Positions 12,409-25,348 of a stretch of DNA of 64,000 nt are shown here, one piece after another. A program made the translations under genes and the position numbers. Each line of letters begins with the position of its first letter. The stretch's first letter is position 1. The notes below the pieces were generated by a model. It was not told the DNA's origin, searched no databases, and saw nothing but the letters and a program-made list of their open reading frames with translations. This stretch comes from Mytilus trossulus (Eukaryota), in contig NC_086375.1 in the NCBI RefSeq assembly GCF_036588685.1, positions 88,970,001 through 89,034,000 on the forward strand, in the 5' to 3' direction.

Positions 12409-15400
12409 ATGGACGACGTCGAAATTCAAAAGACAATGAAAAGGGACAGCAAGTTTGTCTGTTCTAACGCTAGGATTTTAATTGTATGTGTTTTCTCATC
12501 TGTTTGTTCAATTAGTTGTGTTATTGTGATGTGGTTATCTGTTAACAAAATTGAACAGATAAGGAGAGAGTTGCTAACCTTGTCGCATAGAAGTCCTGAA
12601 ACAAATTCTACCAGAGCAGCAGCGGAACATACAATCAAGGTAACTTTAACAAGCAATTTGTAGATGTTTTGTTCACAAATTACATTTCATAAATATGTAC
12701 TATTGATATTTGTATTTCAATACTTGTAGAATTCATCACATGTGCAAGTGCCATTCAACATTATATTTAAGAGTCTTAATAAAACGACCAGCCAGCAAAT
12801 CTTGTAGTATTTACTTTTTATTATCCCTTCAACTAATCTTAATATATTATCTTTCTGGAGAAAACGTCATTATATATATTCGGTGTTGACATGAATATGA
12901 AATATATGGTCATTTTTATAAATTTTCTGTTTACAAAACTTTGAATTTTCGAAAAACTAAGGATTTTCTTATTCCAGGAATATATTATTTAAACCGTATT
13001 TAGAACTCCCTTTTGGAATTTTGGGTCCTCAATGCTCTTCAACTTTGTACTTTTTGGCTTTTAAATTATTTTTATCTGAGCATTTCTAATAAGTCTTATG
13101 TGAACGAAAAGCGCGTCTGGCGTATTAAATTATAATCCTAGTACCTTTGATAACTATTGACAGTCAATCAAATAGATTTTGAATTTATATATGTTTTGAT
13201 TTTGACAGAGTGATAATATACTTCTAAAGGAAGCAAATGACGAGACAATGTCAAGCAACCAAAGTCTACATGGTGAAGGTATGTTCATTACTATACATTG
13301 CTTATAAAACATTACTGATCGTGAAATTGAGGGGTGACAACGGGTTCTTTCCGTATTGAATTCTCCTCGGAGTTTGTTTTTTTGTTGTTTTACTTTTTTC
13401 TCACGTTATAAAAAATAAAAGATGATACCAAGAGATTAAACAGTGTCACTAGTCATAGAAAGACCGGCAGCGTATATTGACCAAATAAGAAGAAAAAAAG
13501 GACACAAGTAGTAGAAAACAGTAATGATATTCAATGTGAACGATACCATGAACCGAGTAATTGATTGAAGAAAATCTCCTAGGTTAGGGGAGGGTTGGTG
13601 TCCTGCTAACATGTTTAACCCCGCCACATTCTGTATAATGTACCTGTCCCAAGTCAAGAGCGTGTAATTCATTGGTTTTCGTTTGTTGATGTGTTACATA
13701 GTTGTTTTTCGTATTTATATTTATGCGGTTTGGGCTTTGCTCATTTTTGAAGGCTGTACAACGACCTATAGTTGTAAATTTCTGTGTCATTTGGTCTCTT
13801 GTGTATAGTTTTCTCATTGGCAATCATACCACATATTCTTTTTTTCATCGTTCATTTACCGAGTAAAATATTGAAAAAAGTTAACCCTACCACTAACCGG
13901 TTGAAACAATTCACAGCTGAATGATTGGACCAAATGAAACATCCATCAACAAGGCGAAAGATTGAAGAAAATAAGACCCGCCATTATTTATTGAAACCAG
14001 TTGCCCAAAAATGGTTACCATGCATTGTTCTTGTACTTTTATTTGGCGTATTAGTTATGACAATCTATTCATTTCAATTTTGAACATCGGTATACTACTG
14101 GTGCCTTTATTTATGACAATAACTAGTACAGAGACAAACCTATGTTCATTCTCTATCGATGATAAATCAATTTCGATTTTGTAAAACCGGAAATAACAAA
14201 AGTACCGAACTCCTATATAAATTATAAAAACTGGTGGGAAAATCCATCAATCTAACATAATCAACCAACAGAATGAACGGAAAAGATTAGTAAGACACAG
14301 AATAATATTTGCCATGCCATTATCTATTTCTATTTTGAATACAAAAACTCTTGCAGTAATTTGTTATTCAATGTTTATCAGCTACAATATTTTAAATGTA
14401 CAACTATTTTATTTGAACAGAATTGGGAGGGAGACATCTAAGAACAAATAACAGAATGGAAGATATTCAAGGTAACTGCGGCACACGTCTATTTTTTTTT
14501 ATATATATATGCTATAATACAATCCTAAACGGTTTTGAGAAACAGTACTTTCAAAATTTGTGTCTATTTTCAGAATATATTTAGAACATACACTATTTGA
14601 TATTAAGTTATCCACGAATTCTTTGAAAACGTATAATAGCATAGCATTTGCGATCCATTAATCGATAAAGTCGAGAACTAAGAAACAGAATTTTACGCAA
14701 ATGATGCAAAGGATTGTTGACTATTGCTGCAAAATGTGCAAATATGGTGTGTATATTTAATTTCAGGTGGTATTTTGCATCTTGATGCACCTGTACAGCA
14801 GGTAATATTAATTATAATTTAGAATTTGAAGTCGTAAAACCGTTTTCAATGCATTGTTTTAAAAAAATACAGATGCGCAGAAAAATTGATCTTAAAAAAA
14901 ACCAAACAAATATAAAAAATCATTGCAAATAATTGTAGTAAATTCATCTTCTTCTTCATTATAATATTCAAATCAAGTGTTATTGATACATGTAACATAT
15001 ATGCTCATATGCATAGCATGTTTTAGTATACTGAAGCAAACACTTTTACTTTTTTTTTATGCCTTTAATATTTTAAAATACACAGTATACATACAATCAT
15101 AACAATTACACTGTTAAACAACTTTGTATTTTAAAAAGGCAACGTATTGAGAATGTGAAGAATCAGAATAAAATGTTTTTCATACATTTGTTGACCTTTA
15201 TAAAAAAAGTGTATAAGACTAATAAATAACATAAATACATCTTTCTTTACACCTTTCTATAGCCAAAAGCCATTCATTATGTTCCAACTGGAGTCACAAG
15301 AGATCTTATCAGTCAAACATTTACAAACAGTAAGTTGAATACTCACAATTATATCTAGAAAAAGGTTCAGTTGTGTTTACTTATAATATTGACTGATATC

Positions 15401-18400
15401 GACATTACACAGGTGTTTACAGTCAACATCACAAATTGTATCACCAATAAGATGTGGCGGTGTTCAGCTCACTGGTGATATGTGTTCGTGGTGTTAGATA
15501 CCAATATATAGTCATCTGATCTCTAACTGCACAGATTGTTTCCTATTCCTAATTGTTGCATCTCTGCTGAGGGTATCCGTGTTTCCTATTCCTAATTGTT
15601 GCATCTCTGCTGAGGGTCTCCGTGTTTCCTCATTTCAACAGTTTACCTTCGTATATTGCACGATAACTAAATCAAATGTAGCGATAAATAGCACTGTTCA
15701 ACAACTGCAATGACTCGTTTTACTCTACACTATTTTTAAAATACATAATTGAAACTTAAAATATTATATGTTTATTACACCACTTCAATCCAGTTTACTT
15801 CAACACAAAACAAATATGAGCAAGACAAAGACACTTCTTATATCATATGAAAATGAAAATACCGCTTTATACATATATACGTCTGGAGTGCGTTCCAATT
15901 ATCTATCATAAGGTCAAATAATTTTCAAAAGACATCATTTCAACATATGATATAAATATTATGTGGAAAAAGTAAAATAACAAAAATACTGAACTATGAG
16001 GAAAATTCAATACGGAAACTTTCTTAGCAAATGGAAAAATCAAAAGCTTTTAAAAATAGAACAAATTAAATGCAACAAACAAACAATAATATATATTTTG
16101 CATTTTCATCAAACATCCTTGGATTATTTTCTATGTTAGATACTTATACAGTGATATACTTTTGCTTTAAATATCTCTTATACGTTAACTTGATATTTTT
16201 CTGTATTATATTGGTATCTCCTTATATTCTAGATGCAATGTGTGTAAACAAATGGCACGGTTTTATGTGTAGGAATAATACATATAAGAATACAGGTATG
16301 ATTCATTTCGGTGTGAATGAATAAAGGCAACAGTATTTTACCTCTGTTCAAAAGTCGTAGATCGATTAAGAGATGACAAATCCGGGTTACAAACTAAAAC
16401 CGAAGGACGCTACAAGAGGAAAACAACGAAACAACAGAAAAAGAGTTATGAAAGTATACACAATAAACAAAATAAAATTGCAAATCGAGTATGGTATAAA
16501 GTTCAACACCTTGTTTTTATTGTTAAAGCAAGCAAAAACGACCTACGCTTTAAATAGAAATAGATCGAGATGATTTCCAACGAATTATTTTTGCAACAAT
16601 TTCTATTAAACCATACATATATAGTTATGTTTTCTGCAGACTTTCCCCTGACTTTGATCTCTGACAAAGATAACGTTTAATCATTTCAACATAAAACCTA
16701 CTCTTGGGCACCTCTTCATTATTCCGACTGGTCTTCTGATATCGATAGTTAATAAAAGAGGAACGACAGATACCAAAGGGACAGTCAAACTCATAAATCG
16801 AAAATAATTTGACAACGCCATGGCTAAAAATGAAAAAGACAAACAGACAAACAATAGTACACATGACACAACATAGACAACTCAATTAGCAACATGAACC
16901 CCACCAAAAACTAGGGGTGATTTCAGGTGCTCCAGGGGTAAGCAGATCCTGCTCCACACGTAACACCCGTCGTGTTGCTTATGTGATAACACATTCGGTA
17001 AATAGTCTAATTCGGTAGGTCACATTCATGAAAGGGAAGGGGATTGTAGTTATGGCGTAAGAAACATATCCGATATCAATTGTGAAAAGGTTATTTCAAA
17101 ACGGTCAACCAACTCGTGATGGCGGTCGTAAAATTTACTTCACCATTTGGAACTCTTGGTTTAATAGCTTATGAGCAGCAACCCTCTATCAAGAAAATCA
17201 TGATAGGAAATGCTAGCACGGGAATATCGTACCAATTTGGAGATATATACCCCGTATGCAGGTGCTGCTTGAATGTTGCTACTCAGAAATGGAAAATTCA
17301 CAATAAGAAAGCTGAAATCATCTCTTTTGTCGTAAAGTTTTGTTTTCAACCGACCCTTGTTGTCAATTTCTAGATGTAAGTATGAGGCTGACTTAACTGT
17401 ATCTGTAGTATCTTTTATCACTAGTTCGATGGGATTAATGCGTTCAACATAGTCACCAAATTTTGAATTATCAAGTGAAAGAACACCATCTATATAGCGG
17501 AAAGTAGAGTTAAAGGATATTGCTAACTTCTTATCTTTCTTCCTAAGGAGTTCCTGTATTAAGTCAGCCTCATAATGATAAAGAAACAGGTCGTTAAGAA
17601 GAAGGTCTCAATTTGTTCCAATTGGAATGCTGAAAAGCACGTCCTCCGAAAGTAACAAATATGTTGTTAATCAAGAAATCAAGCATTTTGATAATGTCAG
17701 TCTCAGAGAATTTTTTGTTTGAATCAGAGTGATCCTTTACAAAGTAGTATTTATCCCTCCCTAAGACAAGATACTTGTGTCTACGTTGGCCATTCTTTTT
17801 TATGAAACAAAGCAATACTAACTCTTTCAATTTGTCTTTTAGTTTGAAATATGGAATACTTGTGAAAAGTGTAGAAAAGTCAAATGATTTTATAATTATC
17901 AAAAAAACTCTTGAACTTCCACCTACCAGGAGGTCTAGGTCCATTCACTTAGCAGTACAATACTACTGTTGAATCATTACATGTGTATATTGGTATTTGC
18001 ATACCCGTTTAGTTATCTTAAAATACCTTGTACATGCTGCGAACTGAATTTGTTCCTTATTTATAGATTCCAATCGAATTATAGAATTTTGGGAAAAAGC
18101 TCAATGGACAAAGACACACAATAGAGATGTACTTTCACTCGGAATGAACAAATCAAGCCCTGGAATATTTACAGTGGAAACTGGCGGATTATATCTTTTA
18201 TATCTAAATGTAATAATTTGTAAATAATATAAATATAGGAAGATGTGGTATGAGTTCCACACATATGTATATATGTATCTAAGTTTATTTTGTTCATATT
18301 AATTAACAATATGAAAACAGTAGATGTAGGAGAGTTGGATTACATTATTAGCAGTTGAATAGTCAAAGGAATTATACACCATAGTAATGTCACATTCGTG

Positions 18401-19035
18401 AATAGTGAACGGGATTGTAGTTACGACATAACATATCCGATATTTATCTGTGAAACGGATATTCCATAACTTTCAAACAAACTAGTTATGTTCTCCGTAA
18501 AATTTACGAAGAGAAAGAGATGATTTCATCTCCATTTTGAACTCTTTGGTTAATAACTTGTTTAATTGTTGTTTGCTCAACGTTTAGTTCTAATTTATTT
18601 GTGGATATTTGAAAGACAGACATAATTCTAAATCAGTATCCTTACTTTTATATTTAAAAAAACTATTCAAAAGGCATATTCCAAAAAATATTATTTTTTT
18701 ATACAGATTTCAAACATGAAGTTATTATTACAAAACGCATTCTAAATGTATACTTTTCTTAATATATGTTGTAGGTTCTTATCAGTGCAACACTTTCTAA
18801 ACACGACGTTGGAATATTTATAGCAGATGACAAAAAATTAGTTTGCCGTGAGAATTTAGACTATGTCAGAGGTGCCGCATCTGTGTCTACTAACTCCAAA
18901 GCTAAAACCTGCAGTGTATCAGGCGTGTTTTACGTCGAGCGAAGTCAAACAATTACCGTTAAGATAGTCACCAGGAACACCGAAATATACCTGGATAGCT
19001 ATAATACAAACTTTGGAGCTGTTTTACTTGCATAA
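12409..19035 (+). CDS. TNF-superfamily ligand gene 1 (type II membrane, no collagen; ~306 aa, 8 exons)
   Basis: Exons 12409-12639, 13209-13278, 14421-14471, 14767-14801, 15263-15329, 16233-16295, 18067-18209, 18775-19035; total 921 nt in frame. TM ILIVCVFSSVCSISCVIVMWL; RHLR candidate convertase site; TNF-domain motifs PKAIHY, W, GIFTVETGGLYLLYLNV, TCSVSGVFYVERSQTITV, terminal TNFGAVLLA*. Confidence 0.88.
12880..13158 (+). mobile_element. decayed retrozyme copy (mutated hammerhead)
   Basis: Colinear with 48837-49115; hammerhead core altered (CTAATAA...GAAAAGCGCGTC). Confidence 0.75.
13584..13846 (+). mobile_element. SINE-like interspersed repeat (AACATGTTTAACCCCGCCAC...CCTGTCCCAAGTCA core)
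   Basis: Core and 3' end (TCATTGGCAATCATACCACAT...T-tail) recur at ~42875-42940, ~47620-47950 and ~49890-50130; assignment to SINEs (Nin/Deu-like core) is from memory, not a search. Confidence 0.55.
15538..15630. repeat. 43-bp tandem duplication (2.2 copies)
   Basis: GTTTCCTATTCCTAATTGTTGCATCTCTGCTGAGGGT(A/C)TCCGT starting at 15538 and 15581, partial third copy at 15624. Confidence 0.9.
16753..17886 (-). mobile_element. Penelope-like retroelement (Naiad-like), 5'-truncated RT fragment plus 3' tail, frameshifted
   Basis: FDFSTLFTSIP..KLKDKLKELV, FLINNIFVTFGGR, FRYIDG(D), SASYLHLEID..RLKTKLYDKRDDFSF..VNFPFLSSNI..APAYGVYIS; lies in intron 6 of TNF gene 1. Confidence 0.85.
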
Positions 19036-19482
19036 TAATTTTAATCTCAACATAAAAGTGCGAGTCTTTTTTAATTTTTTTATTTATGACTATATCGCTG
19101 AATAATGTATAACTATGTGGATATGATGAGGGATATGATAAGTGTATTGTTAACACCTGCTTGTTTTACATATTCTAAGTTAATGTAAAAAGAAACAAGA
19201 ATAAATAAAATGAAATAGAAAATGTGTAATCAAATATTTTTCAGCCAACCTTATTATGCAACATTTTAATCTGAAGTCTTAGTTCATTGTCAGTATTTAA
19301 AGCGTCACCCTTCAAGCTAAATTTATAATGTGCTTTATCCGACTTCATAAATTTATTGTGTCAAGGTAAAAAAAGGCGGAAATCATAATCCGGTCACCTG
19401 TGTTTACATTTTGAATTTCACAAATCTTAATTATACGTTCTTATGACCTTATGTAGCCATAGGGCTTAACTTTATCCTAGTA

Positions 19483-22400
19483 ATGAAAGTTACTCAAAAT
19501 AATGCACCCGTATGCATTCAAAATTTCGGATATTTTATCATATGTTTTTACATTTTATGGTCGTGCAAAGAAATAGCGCGACTTTCAAACGATGTTGTTG
19601 TTCTGCGTAAATCTGTACAAGACATTTTGATAGACGGCCATACACCAGTTCAGGTAAACTCTTTCTTATATGCTTATGAATTCCTCAATTATGTAATATA
19701 AAAAGCAGCACATCCAATATGTATGATATCTGCTCAGATAATTCTTCATCAAACAGGAAAAACACAAGCATTTTATATTTGAATATATCTTCGCTCAAAA
19801 ACTATTAATATTGCACAAAGATATTACATACAGTTTGTCCACATCAATTTTACGGTATTTTATGTCTAACTATTAATGTTCTCCCTTTATTTTGACAAAG
19901 CTATCATGTAATATACTTCTTAAACTTATGGTTTATGTTTTAACTTCATAAGAGTACAAGAGAGCATGGTCTTATGCATAAAAATGTACACAGAGTCCAA
20001 GACGATGATGACACAGAAAACAAAGCTTCCGACGATCAATATTTTCGCCAAAAAAGATTTGCAGATAAAGGTATGGTTTTGATACTTTATCTTTTTTAAA
20101 TGACATTGCATTTCTGAAACACTGTACAATTGTTTTTTTCTTCTTCAAATAATAGAAATAATGTAAAATTATAACTATAATTTAAACTATATGTATATCT
20201 GAATTTACTGTCTATTGTGTATTTTCTATTTTTCTTCTTGAAATATTTATAAATTGATTTATCTACATAAGGATTAGACACCGTCTTCATATTTAAGATA
20301 AGAAAAAATGCAAGAAAGAAAAACGATACCTGAGGAAATGTCGGAAGAAGCTGCGCAATAAGGCGATAGTCAGTTCAAAAGAGGTACCCACTTACTTAAA
20401 TTTTGATATAGTTACAATGATGATAGTTCATCCAAGTAAGGAAGACACGATAAAATATTCACATTATACGTCAGTTAAGTGATTAATGCGTAGAGTGGAT
20501 TAAAAATAAACCGTTAGATGATCAAACACAACAGGTGGAACTTTATTTGTGGGCGCTCCTGTGGAATGTTAATCGGATAACGCGCTACGGACGTATACAA
20601 TTTGCTCGTAACTTTTCATTTTTGATACTCTTTTTTTTTATTTTATCAAAAACGTTTTTCACAAGTTTTTTTTTCTGCCTAAAAGATATTTTATTTCACA
20701 AAATTTATTAATCACGTTAACGAATTCAATGTGTACAGTATACTTAAATGAGACTGAAAACAAACATTTTAACTTATTAAAAATAACTTAGATATTTACA
20801 TCTTTTAATAACCATGATAACAGCCACGTGTAATTGTGTCAAGGTAAAATGCATGTCGAAAACTTAACTAGCACCGCAATGGCAAATAAAATACAATATA
20901 CTAAACACAACATAAACAACTAACATGACTAAATACTGAGGAACTCAAATACCACTTAAAAATCACGGGGTGATATATCAGGTAGTCTGAAGTTTAATCA
21001 GATCATGCTCCATACGTGGCACCTGTCGTGTTGTGCAAAACGTACAAATCCATTGATAAATCTACCATTAACGCCTTATTCTCTTTAGAATAAAAGAAAA
21101 ACAATCAAGTTATGGCAAAACAATTTCTTTATTCGAAATAATAAAAAAAAACAAACATATACAACTTTTCAGTCAAATTTTAAACTGTAATAAGACGAGA
21201 CATTTCTTTTATTGCAGGCAAGGTTACAAGCAGCCCATGTGGAACTTGATTTTCATATAAACACTACAATGTCGAAAAAACTATTAATGGCTATTGACAG
21301 TAAGTATAACAATGTAAACATACACCTGGAAGGTAGACGTACATGTGATGCATCTTAAAAACGAATCTTATTATATATCAAAGTCAGACAGTAGTTTACC
21401 GTTGTTCAAATCTAAAACATTAAAAAGACAAAAGTCAAAGTAACAAACACAAATGAGGGAGTTTGTATATAGATACATGTTTATAAATGTTGATGAATAT
21501 ATGTTTATGTTTATAATATATATTGTAAAATGTTTATATTTTGATTTTGGACTCAAATATTTTCAGAATGTTATAAAGAATTTGGTGGATTAGTCTGTTA
21601 CAACAATAAGACTTATGAGAGCGACGGAAGACAATCAGGTAAATCATTTGAAAATTCAACCAATAAGACTTATGAGAGCGACGGTAGACAATCAGGTAAA
21701 ACATTTGAAATTCAACCAATAAGACTTATGAGAGCGACGGTAGACAATCAGGTAACTTATTTGAAAGTTCAAACAATAAGACTTATGAGAGTGACGGTAG
21801 ACAATCATGTAAAACATTTGAAAGTTCAACCAATAAGACTTTTGAAAGCGACAGCAGACAATCAGGTAAAATAATTGAAAGTTAAACCAATATGACTTAT
21901 GAGAGCGACGGTAGACAATCATGTAAACATTTGAAAGTTCAACCAATAAATCTTGTGAGAGCGACGGTAGACAATCAGGTAAAACATTTGAAAGTTCAAC
22001 CAATATGACTTATGAGAGCGACGGTAGACAATCAGGTAAAACATTTGAAAATTCAACCAATAAGACTTATGAGAGCGACGGTAGACAATCAGGTAAAATA
22101 TTTGAAATTTCAACCAATAAGACTTATGAGAGCGACGGTAGACAATCAGGTAAATCATTTGAAAGTTCTAGAGGATATAAATGAAACAGATATCGTAAAT
22201 ATAAACTAAAACAGAAATTTGTTTCCATGATGTATACGAGCATTTATCTCTACACATTGTACCTTTTTATCTACAGGCACTTGTCTCATATTTTCCCCCT
22301 TTTATGTTATATTTGGGGGAAAATTGAGACAAGTGTCTGTGGTTTTGACTGTCACCTGTTAAGAAGCATTAATACAGGTAGTCGTATTGCTTCAGACATA

Positions 22401-24858
22401 GGAGGAATCTACATCCATGATGGTTTAAAACTCGATTATTATTCAAAACAAAATTAATCTGTGATTTTTTGTTTTTTTTATGATAATCAGGCCATCATAA
22501 AGTATATGAACTAGCAATTATTATTTACTTATCACGATACAGATTAAACACATTAATGTTATCATTATAATTGAACGAAAACGTGTTTTATACGATAAGA
22601 AATGTAAACATAAGTTCAAACGACCTTAAAACATATATTATTATTGACAATCAAAAGATTGTTATTCTAATATTGTTTTGTTTTGGAATGGCAATAGAAT
22701 GACAAAACGTAAAATATATATAAAAAAAAAACTCATGTAGCAAAAGTTAACGGGAAAATAATTGAAATTAATAATAAAAATGTATGCGTATCCGTTTCTT
22801 GTTTGCTTATCAAAATGAAATGAAAACATTGAATACATTTCTATATTAATACAGAAAAGATTCTTGGTGTACCATGGAAACTATCGTCACCAAAAGAGAT
22901 GTCACCACTGGAACTGACATCTGAGCATGGAAAATATAAAGTAAAATATGATGGTTTATATATAGTGTATTTGAACGTAAGTGAATTAAGTATAGCTTAT
23001 ATCTTGAAGAAAATGCATAACGCTAGGCCAATAAAGAATAATACCAAATTCCATATTAGATAATAAATGTACTAAAATAACATTTTTATCGTAAACTTTG
23101 TCTCTTCTATAGTATTCCAAATTGAAAATAAAGTAAACTTGCACACTACAGTAATGTCACTAGTTTAGTCAAGTATACAACGTCAAAAAAAGTTATTAAA
23201 CAAATGTATAAGATCACAGTAGTGAACACAATGATGAATGTATCAAGTGCGATTTGATTAGGCAGGTTCCGTTTAGAATTTATCTAAGAGTGTAGTATTT
23301 GTGTTCTTTTTACTTTTTACTGATGTTCAACGCAACTAAAGTAATGGTATCTGTGAAAGGCGGATGAACACTTGATAATAAATGAGATACATACGTTCTA
23401 ATATATTCATATAACTAAAAAACTAAAGTAAAAAGTTGCCGGCTTGGTTTTTGTTGTCTATAAGAGTGGATGTAAAATTGAGAATGGAAATGGGGAATGT
23501 GTCACAGAGACAACAACCCGACCAAATAAAAAAACACAACAGCAGAAGGTCACCAACAGGTCTTCAATGTAGCGAGAAATTCCCGCACCCGGAGGCGTCC
23601 TTCAGCTGGCCCCTAAACAAATATATACTAGTTCATTGAAAATGAACGCCATACTTATTTCCAAATTGTACACAAGAAACTAAAATTAAAATAATACAAG
23701 ACTAACAAATGCCAAAGGCCTTGTACACTTTCCTTCATTTATCGGCACACACAACCATTACCATAGGAAAGTCAACTAATTGCCAAATAAATTAACATAT
23801 ATCCCATCTGACAGTTCTAGAGCCATAGTATTGCTTGGCTCGTAGTATTTGTTATATAGCAATGCACAGTCCTTTACAAAGAAGATTTGCTCTCGGGAAT
23901 CAGCAGCGTAATGTTCGAAATATGTTGAATCGGAGATGAGTGTTACCGGAGACCAAATGTCCAAACACAAAGTCAAACTACTTCATCGAAAATAAAACCT
24001 CCATTAAAAGAGAATATTCTGAGCATATATTTGCAAAGATAATATGTCACATCAATCGAGATGTAGACTATGTTGAATTAATCTCACCAAGATTGCAATC
24101 CAATGACAAACATACTATGATTTGCTATATTGTCCTACCGTTATAGAATAACCGTTTCACCGATGATATCGGATATGTTCCTGATGTCGTTACTACAATA
24201 CCCTCCCCTTTTCACGAATGTGACCTACTTTATTAGACTACTTACCGGATTTGTAATAACATAAGCAACACGACGGTTGCCACATGTGAAGCATGATCTG
24301 CGTACCCTTCCGGAGCATCTGAGATCACCCCCCCCCCCCCAGTTTTTGGTGGGGTTCGTGTTGCTCAGTCTTTAGTTTTCTATGTTGTGTCTTCTGTACT
24401 ATTGTTCGTCTTTTTTTTTTTAGCCATGGAGTTTTCAGTTCATTTTCTATCTACGAGTTTGACTTTCCCTCTGGTGTCTTTCGTCCCTCTTTCAGGTTGC
24501 TTTGCTGAACCTGATATTTGAAATAGGTATTATTAGAGTCAGTGCCTGTCATCTACAATTTTAGTATTGTCATATTGTATTTCAGATACTATTCATCCCA
24601 ACTAATCTAGAGGAAAGAGCTGCCGTGTTCTTAGATGACAAACAGATAATGACTTGTCAAGACGGTGTCTACATGGGACATGAACTAGATCTACCTGATA
24701 GCCAACAAAACTTCACAGAAAAATCATGTGCCACGTTAGGCATGTTCATTATAAACAAGGGTCAAACATTATCAATACGTATTGAAACACAAAGTACCAA
24801 AATAAGAATGTGGGGAGTCGGCAATAACTTTGGAGTCATTTTATTAAATAAAAAATGA
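19483..24858 (+). CDS. TNF-superfamily ligand gene 2 (no collagen; ~307 aa, 7 exons)
   Basis: Exons 19483-19653, 19953-20070, 20298-20383, 21218-21299, 21567-21638, 22855-22976, 24586-24858; total 924 nt in frame. Hydrophobic FGYFIICFYILWSC; furin site RQKR; basic stalk; LQAAHV, W, GKYKVKYDGLYIVYLNI, SCATLGMFIINKGQTLSI, NNFGVILLNKK*. Start codon less certain. Confidence 0.86.
21604..22168 (+). repeat. 57-bp minisatellite, 10 copies, spanning the exon 5/intron 5 junction of TNF gene 2
   Basis: Unit CAATAAGACTTATGAGAGCGACGGTAGACAATCAG|GTAAAACATTTGAAAGTTCAAC; base before GT at 21638, 21695, 21751, 21808, 21865, 21922, 21978, 22035, 22092, 22149. Confidence 0.96.
23474..23720 (-). mobile_element. 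SINE-like repeat, 3' part
   Basis: Reverse-complement match to ~47720-47950 (...TTGTCTCTTTGACACATTCCCCATTTCCATTCTCAA); short copies also at ~4740-4795 and ~33330-33390. Confidence 0.7.
24138..24492 (+). mobile_element. Penelope-like element 3' tail (non-coding fragment)
   Basis: Matches the tails of the RT-bearing copies at ~27560-27884 and ~16753-17110 (reverse complement). Confidence 0.8.
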
Positions 24859-25039
24859 AATTCAAAGATATTAACATGTAGTTCTGTTATAATATTTTTA
24901 TTCTTTGTGCTTTCTATCTCTTTTGCACGGTTAGTTTTTGAGACAACCCTTTTTCTTATCTTTGACAATTTACGAAATAAGAAGATGATAAGGAGCTGAG
25001 GCAAAGAACCGATATAGTAGATGTTGTTGTGTCCTGTTA

Positions 25040-25348
25040 AATTGTTATACGATGATGACTGATGTTCCCATATTTTGACTATTTTATTGATTGTGACTGT
25101 TTATTTAACGCATCGTGTAAATGTAACGGAATTTGATGAGACTGTTATTAAAGTGAGAGGGTTAGCGCTATAGAACCAGGTTTAATCCACCATTTTCTAC
25201 ATTTGAAAATGCCTGTACCAAGTCAGGAATATGACAGTTCTTGTCCATTCGTTTTTGATGCGTTTTGTTTTTTGATTTTGCCATGTGATTATGGACTTTC
25301 CAAATTGATTTTCCTCTGAGTTCAGTATTTTTGTGATTTTACTTTTTA
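25040..25348 (+). mobile_element. SINE-like repeat (CCTGTACCAAGTCAGGAATATGACAG family)
   Basis: Many copies in window, e.g. ~9215-9300, ~15965-16060, ~32965-33150, ~39095-39235, ~47245-47440, ~48070-48205, ~58310-58375, ~61230-61420. Confidence 0.65.

Noticed and set aside
21604-22168. Regular repeat array resembling a CRISPR array
   Set aside because: Units are contiguous near-identical 57-mers with no unique spacers, the context is eukaryotic and there are no cas genes.
21534-22209. Repetitive ORFs on both strands (YLIVYRRSHKSYW.., MRATVDNQV..)
   Set aside because: Translations of the minisatellite. A fully coding 10-unit exon is also excluded by two 56-bp units and an in-register TAA near 21883.
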